64,000 bases of DNA, from positions 2,377 through 66,376 of the forward strand of contig CAUJJW010000274.1 of assembly GCA_963205105.1 (NCBI GenBank). Reading direction: 5' to 3'. The stretch is from Verrucomicrobiota bacterium. GTDB taxonomy: Bacteria; Verrucomicrobiota; Verrucomicrobiia; Limisphaerales; CAIMTB01. The stretch's first letter is position 1. Each line of letters begins with the position of its first letter. Of the stretch, positions 63,720 to 64,000 are shown one piece after another. The translations under genes were made by a program, and so were the position numbers. Under the pieces are notes generated by a model that was not told the DNA's origin, did not search any database, and was given only the letters and a program-made list of their open reading frames with translations.

Positions 63720-64000
63720 TCAGCTCAATTCCCGATTCTCGAACAAGAGCAACGCCAGCGCCAGTGCCGCGGCCAGATAGCACGCCATGTACACAAACGC
63801 CCGCAACACATACGCCGTCGGAATGGTGTTGGTGCCCTTCAGGGCGTCCGCCATCCAAAACAGCTGCCAGTTCGGCACCACCGTGTAGATCAACCGCGCC
63901 GACCACGACCCGCTCAGGCCGGCGGCTTTCAACGACCGCAAATCCTCCGCGGTCAACGAGCTTTCCTCGCCCGGTTCCAACCGCCCCGATTCGTTCTTGT
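63720..64000 (-). CDS. C-terminal part of an ABC-2-type permease (5' end outside the window)
   Basis: The frame is open to the window edge. It ends VVPNWQLFW...YMACYLAAALALALLLFENRELS, a typical permease C-terminus. The stop is 1 nt before the next ATG. Confidence 0.7.
   Translation of the reverse strand, partial: KNESGRLEPGEESSLTAEDLRSLKAAGLSGSWSARLIYTVVPNWQLFWMADALKGTNTIPTAYVLRAFVYMACYLAAALALALLLFENRELS

Noticed and set aside
1-64000. Prophage, integrase, transposase, rRNA or tRNA genes
   Set aside because: No recognisable motifs or structures were found by eye. A tRNAscan/Infernal/ISEScan run would be needed to exclude them formally.

Overview
GC-rich bacterial DNA, probably PVC superphylum (Verrucomicrobiota-like; inferred from the ECF-sigma style, repeat types and gene content, not proven). 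From left to right it holds four blocks. (1) A 5'-truncated SGNH/SASA esterase converging on a sugar ABC transporter plus an SDR. (2) The dominant feature, a ~37 kb putative 'amide/nitrogen utilisation locus'. A TonB-dependent receptor heads a co-directional, tightly packed minus-strand run of 11 amidase-signature amidases (6 with twin-Arg signals, 5 with Sec-like signals), 3 asparaginase-fold proteins with altered active-site motifs and 1 acetamidase/formamidase, followed by an RND/MFP pair. Divergently transcribed from it is a six-gene TonB2-type energising operon (DUF3450, long ExbB/TtpC-like, ExbB, ExbD, TonB, TPR). A sigma-54 -24/-12 motif points at each arm. (3) A mixed block: LysR, NahK/APH-like kinase, fabI, an unlisted 41-aa Lys-rich ORF, a hybrid histidine kinase, an SDR, an ECF sigma factor fused to two VOC domains, and a serine hydrolase. 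(4) A minus-strand operon running off the right edge that combines three SPFH/HflKC-like proteins, a His-rich P1B ATPase, ABC components and a conserved unknown protein. Non-coding structure includes two copies of a ~200 bp TA-flanked MITE-like element, two copies of a 56 bp REP-like element and 9-bp periodic repeats. No rRNA, tRNA, CRISPR, transposase or phage genes were recognised. Start codons were re-assigned by eye where the ORF track over-extends, and family names come from motif recognition only, with no database searches run.
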